A stretch of DNA of 64,000 nt from Macrostomum lignano. Lineage: Eukaryota. Positions 40,031 to 51,829 of this stretch are shown piece after piece. Position numbers and translations under genes: made by a program. The DNA is taken from the NCBI GenBank assembly GCA_002269645.1, contig NIVC01002064.1:124001-188000 (forward strand), in the 5' to 3' direction. Position 1 is the first letter of the stretch. The number at the start of each line of letters is the position of its first letter. The notes under the pieces were generated by a model, which saw only the letters and a program-made list of their open reading frames with translations, searched no databases and was not told the origin of the DNA.

Positions 40031-40604
40031 CTAATTCCCACCCTTACCGAACACCACCCCTAAGTGTGGAGCAGTAGAAGTGAATTTTCGTTTGCCTTGT
40101 CGCAGATGCAGCAAAACGCTTCGAAGTTCCGCTAAGCTGCACTGAATTCTCAGTTGGCATCCGCCCCTTCTCTCCATCTTTGTCATATTTGATATATTTT
40201 ATACCACCTAGAAAGTCTGCTTGGCTCTGCTGCAACTTAGAAGACTCAGCCTCAGGCTTAAAATAGGCTGAGTCTCCATCGCTCAATCTCGAGAATCTAT
40301 CCTCCCAAAGCTGCTTTAAGTTTTTTGCCCGCTTTCCTTTCTCTTTTAGAAGAAGCAGAAGAAGTGCCGCTTCAGCCCGCCCAGGGGGGGGGAAGCAGCG
40401 GGGTGCCTAATTGTTGCCCGCAGCTTGGGACGGGATGGAGCAACTGCCAGCCAATTAATCTCCCCCAAGCTGAGAAGGGTTGGGATTATTTAGAAAGCTG
40501 GCAAATTTATCCCGTCCCGTTGGAAAAGTGCAATCTTTTATTTTGATTTTTATGATTTTGACGTGGGTCGTAAGAGTCGGCTGAGCTGGGATAACGTCCA
40601 ATGG

Positions 40605-41135
40605 ACAGGTATAATGTTGCATAGGACATGTGTAATGTTGCATAGGACAGGTATAATGTTGTATAGGACAGGTATAATGTTGCATAGGACAGGTACAATG
40701 TTGCATATGACAGGTATAATGTTGTATAGGACAGGTATAATGTTGCATAGGACAGGTATAATGTTGTATAAGACAGGTATAATGTTGTATAAGACAGGTA
40801 TAATGTTGCATAGGACAGGTATAATGTTGTATAGGACAGGTATAATGTTGCATAGGACAGGTACAATGTTGCATATGACAGGTATAATGTTGTATAGGAC
40901 AGGTATAATGTTGCATAGGACAGGTATAATGTTGTATAAGACAGGTATAATGTTGTATAAGACAGGTATAATGTTGTATAGGACAGGTATAATGTTGCAT
41001 AGGACAGGTATAATGTTGCATAGGACAGGTATAATGTTGTATAAGACAGGTATAATGTTGTATAAGACAGGTATAATGTTGTATAGGACAGGTATAATGT
41101 TGCATAGGACAGGTACAATGTTGCATAGGACAGGT
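40605..41135 (+). repeat. 21-bp minisatellite (GGACAGGTATAATGTTG(C/T)ATA)n
   Basis: About 25 copies. Confidence 0.96.
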
Positions 41136-41984
41136 ATATTAATTCGAAGTATGAGATTCTAAACGACAGGTATACCGGTACAAATACTCTAATTATAATC
41201 CAATTTCCAAACTCGAATGGCGGTGCCGTTGATCCAACACAACCGAGCTTTCTCACCCTGACACAGTCACCTCAGGGCCCGCAAACATTTTCTGCTCAGG
41301 GCCAAGCAAGTTCGACGATCTGCTTTCACTTCCTCCCGCTTCGGCGCCCAACCCCCCTTCCCTAATCTTCTGCCTCGAGGGACTTCTCTCCATCTCCATC
41401 CCATCGTAGTTTTTCTATACGAGCGCACCCTTCTCACTCTCTCGCCGTCCTGTGTTATCCCACTGCTAGTGCGAGTTAGAAGCGGCTCAAACAGAGGAAC
41501 AGAGCAAAATCCTGTAGCTACTATCCTACTTTTTCTTTCCCCACTCCCATCTATCTTCTTCCGAACCAGCAGGCCTAACTAAGTTTAAACCGAATACTCT
41601 CTACAACTCACGTGAGCGTGGGAACGAGCTCCCTTCTCTCTGACTGTCGGTCTGATATTGGCGTGGCTGTCTTTTGCGGACGAACTTTGTCCAGCAACTG
41701 GAAGCTTCAAAGCTTTCGCTCGATTAAAACACAATTATTTAAATATCCGAGAAAAGTTGGCCTGGAATTTTTCGTGCAATTGGTGCTCATGAGGGCCGAC
41801 ACCCCCCCCCCCCCTATAGCACATAGAGTGGACATGCCTGACGATTAGAAAGTGTGCGTGCTCAGGGGCCAGCGGAATGGGCTGGTTACCTTCTCGCTTG
41901 CTTTGAGTCTGTGCAGCGATGCAGTGAGGCAGTACACTAAAATACCGTACTTCTTTAACGTAGGAGGAGGAGCGAGCGACTTGT

Positions 41985-42300
41985 GAAAAGGGGCGTGGTA
42001 AGGGAGCCAAGAGGCGTCAACCAATCAGCTCTCGAGGAGGAACGACTTGTGGAAAGGGGTGTGGTTAGAGAGCCAAGAGGCGTCAACCAATCAGCTCTCG
42101 GGGAGGAACGACCTGTGGAGAGGGGTGTGGTTAGAGAGCCAAGAGGCGTCAACCAATTAGCTCTCGAGGAGGAATGACCTGTGGAAAGGGGTGTGGTTAG
42201 AGAGCCAAGAGGCGTCAACCAATTAGCTCTCGAGGGGGAACGACCTGTGGAAAGGGGTGTGGTTAGAGAGCCAAGAGGCGTCAACTAATCAGCTTTCGAG
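41985..42300 (+). repeat. 66-bp tandem repeat carrying CCAAT and GC/GT-box motifs, ~4.5 copies
   Basis: AGCCAAGAGG recurs at 42005 and 42071; units contain AACCAAT(C/T)AG, GGG(C/T)GTGG and GGCGTCA. Confidence 0.92.
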
Positions 42301-42392
42301 AAGGAGGGAGCGACTCGTACAGGCCACAACATGGCTTCGACTTGGAGATCAGCATCGATCTTTAGCGGACCGCCCTCGCCTTCTGTTTGCAG

Positions 42393-43076
42393 GCCGCTGC
42401 GCTGAGCAAGCTCCTAGAGCATCGCCGAGTTCCAGGCGAGGGCCGCGAGCTCGCCAAACGGAATCGAGCCGCTCGAATCGCCGCGGCAAACAACCCGGAG
42501 GCTTCGTCGACTTCGTCGGCGGCGTTGAATTCGCGTCGCAGGTCGCCGTCGCCACAGCCTGGCGACTTCAGCGGCCTCGGAGTTGGCGGCGGCTCCGACC
42601 AGGCTCTTGCCGTGTCATCGGCGGACAGCCTGACGGTGGCATCGACACCTCGAGGAAGCCGTGAATCCAGCGAGGAGCCGCACCAGCTGGAGGCCTCAGC
42701 CCTGCTGTTGGCGGCCCAGACAGCCAGCTACGACGACCTGCAACTGCGACTTGCCGGCGTTCAGCTCCGGCTGCAGGATCCCGACGGCCTTGCCCCGGAC
42801 GAGCGCGACCTGCTGAAGGCGGAGTTCCACCTGCTCATGACGGAGCTGCGTCGGCGAAAGACGAACCGCGGCGACGGCGACTTCGACGATCCGGAGTTCG
42901 ACCGGGTGCCGGCGGCGCGGCGCAAGCAGTCACTTGTGTCGCTTCGCTCGTTCGGCCGACGGCGCTCGACTTCGTCGCAGGTCGGTCTGGCGGTTGTCGG
43001 CGGCTCGTCTATGGAGCAGCCCAACATCACGGTGTTCACCAGCCGGCGCTTCGAGACCTGGGAGTACGAAGTCTGA
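42393..43076 (+). CDS. Uncharacterised protein, main or terminal coding exon (low-complexity N-part, helical hairpin, C-terminal ETWEYEV)
   Basis: Strong GC3 bias; frame open from 42366; acceptor TGTTTGCAG|GCC; true start unresolved. Confidence 0.65.
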   Translation, partial: AAALSKLLEHRRVPGEGRELAKRNRAARIAAANNPEASSTSSAALNSRRRSPSPQPGDFSGLGVGGGSDQALAVSSADSLTVASTPRGSRESSEEPHQLEASALLLAAQTASYDDLQLRLAGVQLRLQDPDGLAPDERDLLKAEFHLLMTELRRRKTNRGDGDFDDPEFDRVPAARRKQSLVSLRSFGRRRSTSSQVGLAVVGGSSMEQPNITVFTSRRFETWEYEV

Positions 43077-43200
43077 GCTGGGGTCTCCCCTGAGAGTCCC
43101 GAGAGTGCTCAGTCTGAGCTGTCACCAATGAGAGTCCCGAGAGTGCTCAGTCTGAGCTGTCACCAATGAGAGTCCCGAGAGTGCTCAGTCTGAGCTGTCA
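43071..43200 (+). repeat. 38-bp tandem repeat x3 overlapping the stop-codon context
   Basis: TGAGAGTCCC at 43091 and 43129; the unit contains AGTCTGAGCTG, identical to the stop context at 43071-43081. Confidence 0.9.
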
Positions 43201-44705
43201 AAGTAAGAGTTTGGCTATTCAATTTTCATCTGCCTTTCAAGCAACACCAACTAAATTTGCTTCATTCAAATATTTGCTCCAGTTTGACGAACAAGCCTCA
43301 CCTCATTTGTGATTGACACGTTTAATTGAAGGGCATCCGTACGCTCGCAGATCAGGGTTGTTATTTTTTTGACAGAGGATCAGCGCCACGCTTTACAAGT
43401 TTTGTGCTTTGCATTTCAACGCCACTTGATCGCACGAACAAGCGCATACTCACACAATGAAGTCAGACAGCTTTTATGTGGATAAAAAGTATAGTTGTCT
43501 AGACCACAGATACTAGAATATCTGGTTGGGCCACTCAGAACATTTGTGTTTAAGCTACTTTCAGTTCAGTAGTATAGGTTAAACAGAAGCATTTTAATGT
43601 ATTTTAAAGCCAAGGCTCAATTTATGGCTTTTACCTCTCCCAGCTTAAACCTCCCCCCCAGCCGCACCTTTCCACACTACCCTCCCCAATTTTTGCCTTT
43701 CTCGAAATTCCAGCCTAAAGCTGCCATGTACATTTCAGTGGACTGGCTAATGTACATTATGGCTGAACCAATTAGCAGTTGCTTACGTCTGCAAGCTTGG
43801 GCTTCTAAACTTATCAAAATCATTTCAGCTGCCCTTATTTTCATAAAATAGCTGATGTATTCTTCTTTGCTACTGAACTGAAAGTAGAAAGCTGTTTTAA
43901 CAAGTATATATGCCTGAGTGGCCCATCTGGTCATTTTAGTATCTGTGGACTAGACTAACTGAATTCTGTTTATAAATTGAAACAATAAATTTTAACTACT
44001 CATTTTATATCGATCTTGCATGCCCTTCAACTGAATTTGTTGCAGTGCTATTGTTAATAATGTTCAAGAACTGTGTTAGTAGAGCATAGTGTTAGCTAGT
44101 AGTGTTTCATCGCTAAATGCTATAATCTTGGTTCAACTGCAAATAAAAATACATTCGCGTTTTGAAGCAATGAAAAAGAGGATGTGAACTTAAGCGCGAT
44201 TTGGAAGCCGTGAGTCCAGCAACCAAACTCAAAACTCAAACCAAACTGAAATTCTCACTATTCAGACCCAAAATAGACAAGAAAAGCGTAATTGATCTTT
44301 CTTCCACCCCGGCTGCTTCCGCATGGGATAAATGGGGAAAAATTTGGATTTCATGTGAACTTAAGGCTCTGAAATGGAAGCGGTGGCCGATTGAGCCGGT
44401 TTCTCTATCGGATCTCTCTACTGGACCGACAATGAGAGAAGAATCGTCGAAAACCGCATCTCTCTATCATTTGGTCTCCCTGAATGGGATAAATGGGGAA
44501 AAATGGGGATTTCATGTGAACTTAAGGCTCTGAAATGGTGTCTTTAATTGGTGAATTTTTATTTCTGATTCTCTGCGATTGGTTGTGCAAGAGGTCCCGG
44601 GCTCGATTTTGGAAAGGGCGTTTTATAAGCTTGAAAGTTCACAAGCTCGAAAGCTTGACAAAAGTGTTGTTGAGTCACTTCCTAAGCTTCTTTCTTGCGT
44701 ACAAT

Positions 44706-45640
44706 GGGGGTTTTAGCCTAGTGGTTAGAGCGTCGGACTCACGACTTGAAGGTCGGGGGTTCGATTCCCGATCCTACTCGGAACTATTTGTGTCCTTGAG
44801 CAAGGTTGTGCGAGGCTGCGATTTTGTGCCGAGGCGCTGATGGACAGGCGACAGAGCTTCCGCGTTGTCAGCAGTTCGTCTACCTCGACGGTCTGGTTCC
44901 TGGCGTCCGCGAGAATTTGCGGCGTCGCCGCAGGCTTGCCTGGGCTGCCAGTGAGGGCAGTCCTGCAGTCCGAGGCCTTACCTGACCGCCAGAAGGCGAC
45001 GTTGTTCCAGCGCGTGATCGAGACCGTCCTGCTGTACAACGCCGAGACCTGGACGCTGACGGAGTCACTCGAGCAACAAGTTGACGCACCGCCTTCAAGA
45101 TCGGCTACGAGCGAGTGACCAACGCGGCTTTGTATCGCCGCGCCGGCCTGGTCCGTCCAAGCGACCTGTTGCGCCGTCGGCGACTCCAGCTGGCAGGCCA
45201 CATCATCCGCGCCGAGTCCTACTGCCCAGAGCCGGTGCAGGAGGTGCTGCTGCTGACGCTGCAGGCACCCTACCGGCGGGGGCAGGCGCGCACTCGGCAT
45301 TTCGTCGACTGCCTGCTGGCTGACGCCGGCGCCCCGGATTCGGCCGGCGGCTTGGCGTTCATTCGCGACCTGGCCTTGAAGCGCGCCCTGTGACGCAACT
45401 GCGTATTCTGTAGTTGGTGTTGAGCATGACACTTAACTCTGCATTGCTTCAGTTCACCCAGCTGTATAAAATGGGTGCCAGCATTAGCTAGCTGTGGTAA
45501 TTGAGGCTGTGTGGCTGCCCCCCAGTCCTTGGACAGAACAGCCGTACGCAGCCTTCAGATGCACCGCGCAGTAGCTGCGGCTGAGCTGTCGGTTGCTCAT
45601 CTGCCTATCAGGGCAGGTGATGTATCATAATTATAATTAG
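44706..45640 (+). mobile_element. tRNA-derived CORE-type SINE (family A, copy 1), interrupted by a LINE fragment
   Basis: A box TAGCCTAGTGG, B box GGTTCGATTCC, then TGTGTCCTTGAGCAAG [insert] ACACTTAACTCTGCATTGCTTCAG...CTGTATAAAATGGG (CORE-like) and an AT-rich tail; colinear with copy 2 at 57858-58118. Confidence 0.8.
44805..45419 (+). mobile_element. 5'-truncated, frameshifted RTE-like non-LTR retrotransposon (end of RT and C-terminus)
   Basis: Across frames: PRCQQFVYLDG..RRRRRLAWAA / LFQRVIETVLLYNAETWTLT / TNAALY..RRRRLQLAGHIIR; flanked by TTGAGCAAG / TTGAGCATG TSD. Confidence 0.85.
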
Positions 45641-46477
45641 TATTTTAACCAGCTTGAACAAAAGCAGAACCTTGCACTGTTTTAAGCCGCCCAAGTTCAC
45701 CAATATGAGAAACACAGAAGCCACACTGAAGTTTTTCAGGCCATATATTCTTGGCACACACAAAATAAGCTTCTTTTATTTTGCTTTTAAAAGACAATCT
45801 TGGCAAAACAGTTCGCATTGGACTGGCACGTCTTGAAGAAAATTTGAAAAGAAAAATAAATTTTGTAATTAGATTTGAAAGCAAGTTATTTAAGAGATTC
45901 GGCAGCATAAAAATCGATCAATAAAAGACAAATAGAAGCAGATTAATTTGCTTTGCAAGAAGGAATAGGAGTTTGCCGATGTATCCAGGGCGTTTGTGTC
46001 ATGGACAGTTTATTTGAAGGGCCTAATTTTGCCACAGAAAAAGCAAAATGTTTCAACAGAATGTGGTCAGTATGTCCTGGGTACAAGGGCAGCTTGGTGT
46101 CACTTGGGTCTCCTCACCGGCTTTTGTTTGTACAAATTAACAGCAAATCAATTTGATCTGAATGAATGCGATTCTATTATAGGCAAAAAGACACTATGAG
46201 TTTAAAACAATTCGTTGCTATTAAAAAGTAAGTTACTTGACTTGGGTTTTTGCTTGGCTTAGACTTTTTCAAACCAAACTGAGACAACAGCAACAATAGA
46301 AACTCGAAGCACAACCATCTGTAAGTTGAAAAATAGGAAATAACGTCAGTTTGCGAAAAAATCATAAATAGAAAATATAACAATAGTTTATTCCGTTAAA
46401 AGATATGAAACACGGTGAATATGACTGAAAGCATTTATATAACAGTCACTCCTGTACTTTGGTTACAGTTGCCATCT

Positions 46478-47092
46478 GATGTTCAAGTTTCAGATCCCGG
46501 TGTTCAAGTTTCAGATCCCGGTGTTCAAGTTTCAGATCCCGGTGTTCAAGTTTCAGATCCCGGTGTTCAAGTTTCAGATCCCGGTGTTCAAGTTTCAGAT
46601 CCCGGTGTTCAAGTTTCAGATCCCGGTGTTCCAGTTTCAGATCCCGGTGTTCAAGTTTCAGATCCCGGTGTTCAAGTTTCAGATCCCGGTGTTCAAGGTT
46701 CAGATCCCGGTGTTCAAGTTTCAGATCCCGGTGTTCAAGTTTCAGATCCCGGTGTTCAAGTTTCAGATCCCGGTGTTCAAGGTTCAGATCCCGGTGTTCA
46801 AGTTTCAGATCCCGGTGTTCAAGTTTCAGATCCCGGTGTTCAAGTTTCAGATCCCGGTGTCCAAGTTTCAGATCCCGGTGTTCAAGTTTCAGATCCCGGT
46901 GTCCAAGTTTCAGATCCCGGTGTTCAAGTTTCAGATCCCGGTGTTCAAGTTTCAGATCCCGGTGTTCAAGTTTCAGATCCCGGTGTTCAAGTTTCAGATC
47001 CCGGTGTTCAAGTTTCAGATCCCGGTGTCCAAGTTTCAGATCCCGGTGTTCAAGTTTCAGATCCCGGTGTTCAAGTTTCAGATCCCGGTGCT
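46478..47092 (+). repeat. 21-bp minisatellite (GTTCAAGTTTCAGATCCCGGT)n
   Basis: About 29 copies, ~70 bp past the PLD stop (3' UTR side). Confidence 0.97.
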
Positions 47093-47164
47093 CAATACTC
47101 AGGCTCCGGTGTTACATTTCCAGGTCTGGTTCAAAGTCCAGCCTCGGTGTAGGGGTTCAAGATG

Positions 47165-48654
47165 CTACAGCCAGGTGATCAGCGGCAGCAGCGAGGCGCT
47201 AGAAATCCGGCCAACCTGAAAGTCCAAGCTGACCCCGTCCAGGAAGTTCAGCGGAAACTCCACCAGGAAGCCGCGAACCTCGGTCTCCAGCTGGTGCACC
47301 GCCTGCTCCCGGTCGGTGGCGGCCAGGCTGGGCTCGCTAACCCAGTCTCGAAGCTCCTTGTAGTTGCTGGTCCGGTCAGTGGGGTAGCAGTGGAACACCT
47401 GCTCGAATATCTCCGTGTTTCGCCGGGCCGTGGCCGACCAGACCTCGTGGAAGAATTGGTCGCTAGTTGGGTCGGCCAGAGCCTGGTTGGCGGGATCCGA
47501 GATGGACAGGCCGAGGTGCTCGCGCATCAGGCAGCGGCGCAGCGAGCCGCAGAACGAGCCGGCCTGGGCCGGAGCGGCTGACGCCGCCGCCTGCCAGTCG
47601 GCCGGTGCCAAATCCGAGCCGGAGTCCTCGAATCGAACCGCGATCTCCGAGTCCCGGTAGCCTAGCAACGACCGGTCGTTGATGTTGGCGGAGCCGATGA
47701 TGGCGACTCGATCGTCCGCTATCATCAGCTTGCTGTGCACGTAGATGAGCTCGGAGACCAGCTCGCCGCCAGCCAGCTGGCCCCAGGTTCGCAGCGCGCA
47801 AACGGACAAATAGTCGGACGCTTGAATGCCCGCATCGGACAGCTGGGCCATCATGGAGCTCTCAGATCGGCACAGGCAGGCGTAGGTGTGGTGCAGGATC
47901 TTCTTGATGCTGTCAGCGCTGCTGGGACTCTCGGCTACGTCGCCTTCGAACTGCGGCAGCAGCGGCAGCACCAAGTAGACGCGGAATTTCCGGCCCTCTC
48001 GATTGGCTCGGACGATCCGCTGGACAAGCCGGCTGGCTATGGGGTTCTGCACCGGCCACTTCCGGCCGAGGGTCTCGTCTGCGCAGCTGATGAAGAACTG
48101 GTTCTCAATGTAGACATAGTACTCTGAGTTGTCGATCGCGTCGCACATAGCGCTGAGCACGGACGTCTCGGGCTCCTCAATGCCGCCGGACCACATGCCC
48201 AGGCTGCGCAGTACGTTCACTCGATTGGCAGACTTTGGCGCGATGCTCTTGAATGGCAGCGGCGGCTGACGGACCGACGGCTTGCTGTTCGAGTCTGTTT
48301 GGGACAGGTCAGATTTTACCTGGTATTGATGCTGCTGCTGCTGCTGCTGAGGCTGGTGGTGATGCAGCCGGTCCAGCAGCCCGAGAAAAGTGCGCCGCTG
48401 CCCCGGCTGCTTGGCCGCGCTGGCCGCATTCTCGCCGTCAGCGTCCGGCTCCAAGTCGCTGTTGTCCGGCCCGGCCGGCTCCGGCTTCAAAGATTTTGGC
48501 ATGAGCAGCGGCAGCTGGCAGCCGGACTTGCTCTTCACGGTGAAGTTCCAGCGCTCGATGAAGTGTCGGGCCACGTCGCGGGCAGCGTTGCCGCCGACGA
48601 CGCAGCCGATGTCGTGCCAGGGCATCCGGGGCACGCGGCCGCGGTCAACCAGCT
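47165..48654 (-). CDS. PLD1: Phospholipase D1/2, terminal exon (PRMPWHD, polybasic motif, second HKD)
   Basis: PRMPWHD, AARDVARHFIERWN, YIENQFF, YVHSKLMIADD, GSANINDRSLLG.RDSE; acceptor CCGCAG|AG phase 1; ends LITWL-stop. Confidence 0.96.
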
Positions 48655-48717
48655 CTGCGGGTTGCGGTCGGGCGGGAGGGTTCAAGCTCGAAACTTCCCA
48701 AAAACTTGAAGATTCGG

Positions 48718-49136
48718 AAGGGGAGTGACAATCTTATACCGTAGATCGAAGGTACTGAGGGGAGTGACAATCTCACAGATAGAAGGTACTGAGGGGAGTG
48801 ACAATCTCACAGATAGAAGGTGCTGAGTGGAGTGACAATCTCACAGATAGAAGGTACTGAGGGGAGTGACAATCGCACAGATAGAAGGTACTGAGGGGAG
48901 TGACAATCTCACAGATGGAAGAACTAAACAGAGTGACAATCTCACAGATGGAAGAACTAAACAGAGTGACAATCTCACAGATAGAAGGTACTGAGGGGAG
49001 TGACAATCTCACAGATGGAAGACTAAACAGAGTGACAATCTCACAGATAGAAGGTACTGAGGGGAGTGACAATCTCACAGATGGAAGAACTAAACAGAGT
49101 GACAATCTCACAGATAGAAGGTACTGAGGGGAGTGA
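48718..49136 (+). repeat. 33/34-bp minisatellite (GTGACAATCTCACAGATAGAAGGTACTGAGGGGA)n
   Basis: Two alternating unit variants; begins ~65 bp from the terminal-exon acceptor. Confidence 0.94.
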
Positions 49137-49459
49137 GCTCAACAAAGGTGCTAATTATCTTTTAAAAAACACGCAGATGCACGATGGCGAGACCGCTATC
49201 AACCAGAGGGGACCTCTATATTCTTTCTCTGAAACTCAGCTGAAGCAGAGAAAAAGAGGAAGGGAAAGTGTGTCTTCATCTCCCCAGTGAAGCGGAGCAG
49301 CTGTGGGGAGACGAGAAGCGGATTATCCCAGCCTTGCCTGCATTGCTCACTCAGTCTTTATCTTACGAAAAAAAGACTGAAGCATGAAACAAGCTGAATA
49401 AGGGGATGAAACTATTCAGAACCCAGGACTCAAAAATTTCCTGGATTGGCACCGTTTGT

Positions 49460-49805
49460 GGCTGTGTGCACCCTGGCGCACTTTAGGCGACATTGTCGCA
49501 CAACCGGCGAGAGGCATTGCTGCCCATTCCGCCGACTCCCCTGAGCAGGCACACAAGCGGCGCGGATACGTACGCAGTCATACGCACAGGCACGCACTCA
49601 CACAGAAGTGTACAGCGGCGCTAACTTTATTTATCGTTAGGCATGTACACTTCACTGTGCCTTGGGGTTGGCCATCAAGACCGTTAATTGCACGAGCAGA
49701 GCCAAGCCGAGATTCCAATTCAGCCCCAAATTAATGTGGCTGGAATCGAGCCTGGGCCGCTGGCACATCAGAGGGCCGCGCTGGACCACTGGACTACGCC
49801 CCCCG
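49460..49805 (-). mobile_element. tRNA-headed SINE-like element (family B)
   Basis: Minus strand starts GGGGGCGTAGTCCAGTGG...GGCTCGATTCC (A and B boxes); its 3' body is shared with 31179-31331. Confidence 0.55.
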
Positions 49806-50627
49806 TCTGCCCCCTACAACTTTAGCATAGTAGATAGACTAGCCTTTCCTGCCCCCCTTCGGGAAAATTAAGAATCCCTTTAAATAAGTGACACCCTCCC
49901 CAGCTTCTCAAAAAGTTTAGTCTACACTTTTTAGGTTGACAGAAATACAAGTAGAACGCACAATCAGTTTAGTACATGTAAAGTTTGTGCTTTCCTCCAG
50001 CTTTCCTCCAGTCCAGAACAGTTCCGGGGGTCCCTGTCGCGACTCTCGGTTCGAAACCTCCTTCTCAGGCCTCAGCAGCTGCTATAGATTTGTGCTTTAA
50101 AATCTATTCCAGAAAGCGGTAAATCCGATAAGTAGCTTACGACCACGAAAAACTTTTATAGACTATAGAGCTGTGTGAGTATGAAGTGGATAAATATCTT
50201 CCCCTTTAAAAGTCCCTTTTAATCAATTTCGCTAATCGCGAGAATATCGATTGGGATTCTGAGAGGCATGGAATATGGCTCGCAAAAATAGCATGCAAGA
50301 GTAACTTATGGAATGTAAAATTTCTAATTAGTTGCTTTTATACACCATGCTTTACTGCAAGTAGAATGATTCTGATTTTGTCATAGAGTGTCGGATTCGT
50401 AAAATCGTAACCTGCCGTCATTAGCTACCTGATGAGTGATATCTGCGTACCATATGAAAAACAAATTATATACATGTAGGAATAATCCGGACTTGACCGA
50501 TATGTAGCGCAACTCAGTTTATTAAGCTCAATTTTATACACATTACCGAAGTTTACTTTTAGCCGATATGTAGAGTAAGAAACTAAATAAAGCAACATTT
50601 CATATTGAAAATAAAAAACCTGCTCAC

Positions 50628-50752
50628 CCTCTTCGGGTAGGTGCAGTCGCACGGGCTCCTTGAGAATCCAGTTGACGTAGTCTTTGCCGCGCCACATCCG
50701 AATTTTCGCAGCCTCGTCCGGCCTGATGGCGAAGTTGGGGTCGATCTCGTAG
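50628..50752 (-). CDS. PLD1: Phospholipase D1/2 internal exon (MWRGKDYVNW)
   Basis: Corresponds to the conserved W.GKDY.N motif; acceptor ATTTCAG|C phase 2, donor G|GTGAGC phase 1. Confidence 0.92.
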
Positions 50753-50789
50753 CTGAAATGAATTTCCAGGTTTTCAGGGCGGGTTTTTA

Positions 50790-51275
50790 GATATATTTAT
50801 GGCCTCCCCTACAGCACAGGTGTTATATTTATGGCCTCCCCTACAGCACAGGTGTTATATTTATGGCCTCCCCTACAGCACAGGTGTTATATTTATGGCC
50901 TCTCTTACAACACAGGTGTTATATTTATGGCCTCTCTTACAACACAGGTGTTATATTTATGGCCTCTCTTACAACACAGGTGTTATATTTATGGCCTCTC
51001 TTACAACACAGGTGTTATATTTATGGCCTCTCTTACAACACAGGTGTTATATTTATGGCCTCTCTTACAACACAGGTGTTATATTTATGGCCTCTCTTAC
51101 AACACAGGTGTTATATTTATGGCCTCTCTTACAGCACAGGTGTTATATTTATGGCCTCCCCAACAGCGCAGGTGTTATATTTATGGCCTCCCCTACAGCA
51201 CAGGTGGTATATTTATGGCCTCCCATACAGGACAGATAATATATTTATGGCTTCCCCTACAGGAAAGGTGATATA
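50790..51275 (+). repeat. 32-bp minisatellite (ATATTTATGGCCTCTCTTACAACACAGGTGTT)n
   Basis: About 15 copies, ~40 bp from an acceptor. Confidence 0.95.
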
Positions 51276-51829
51276 TTAATTTTGCCCTTCTACAGACGGA
51301 ATGGAGATAGAGATAGTAAAAATATATTTGCCTTTTCCAATACACGGGGGGGGGTTGATTTATTTGCCTTGGATGATTACCCCCTCCCCCCACCAGCCAG
51401 TAAAGCTTTCGGGAATGGCAAGCAGACAGACAGAGCCACAGTGACTATGGATGCAGGGCATTAGGCAGGAGCAGCCAACAGGAACAGAAGACGAGATGGC
51501 GCCATTGTTTAAGAACTGATAATCAGCGGCGTAAGCTATAGACTCCCCAATATCCCGCCGCTCCATCAGCCAGTAGTTAAGGGCAAAAATTCAGTAAGGG
51601 ATTTTTTCAGCCATAAGCTAACCCAGGATTGGCGCACTTTGGTAGGCACTGGGGAATTGCAATTCCACAGGGGAGACAGAAAATCCCGAGATGAGGGGAG
51701 AGAAGCGGGCGGTATGGGATTGAATGCAATAGGAAAGTGCACAGGTCCCGATTAAACTTTCCTATTGAATTGGGCGGCATAGTGACGAATGTAGAGACAA
51801 AGAGACAGAGGGGAGCTGAGAGGATGTTA

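Noticed and set aside
44323-44538. 55-bp direct repeat spaced 161 bp apart
   Set aside because: Real but only two copies, with no element termini or TSD; treated as a local duplication.
44706-44780. tRNA gene
   Set aside because: Anticodon and acceptor stems pair poorly and the sequence runs into a CORE-like SINE body present in a second copy.
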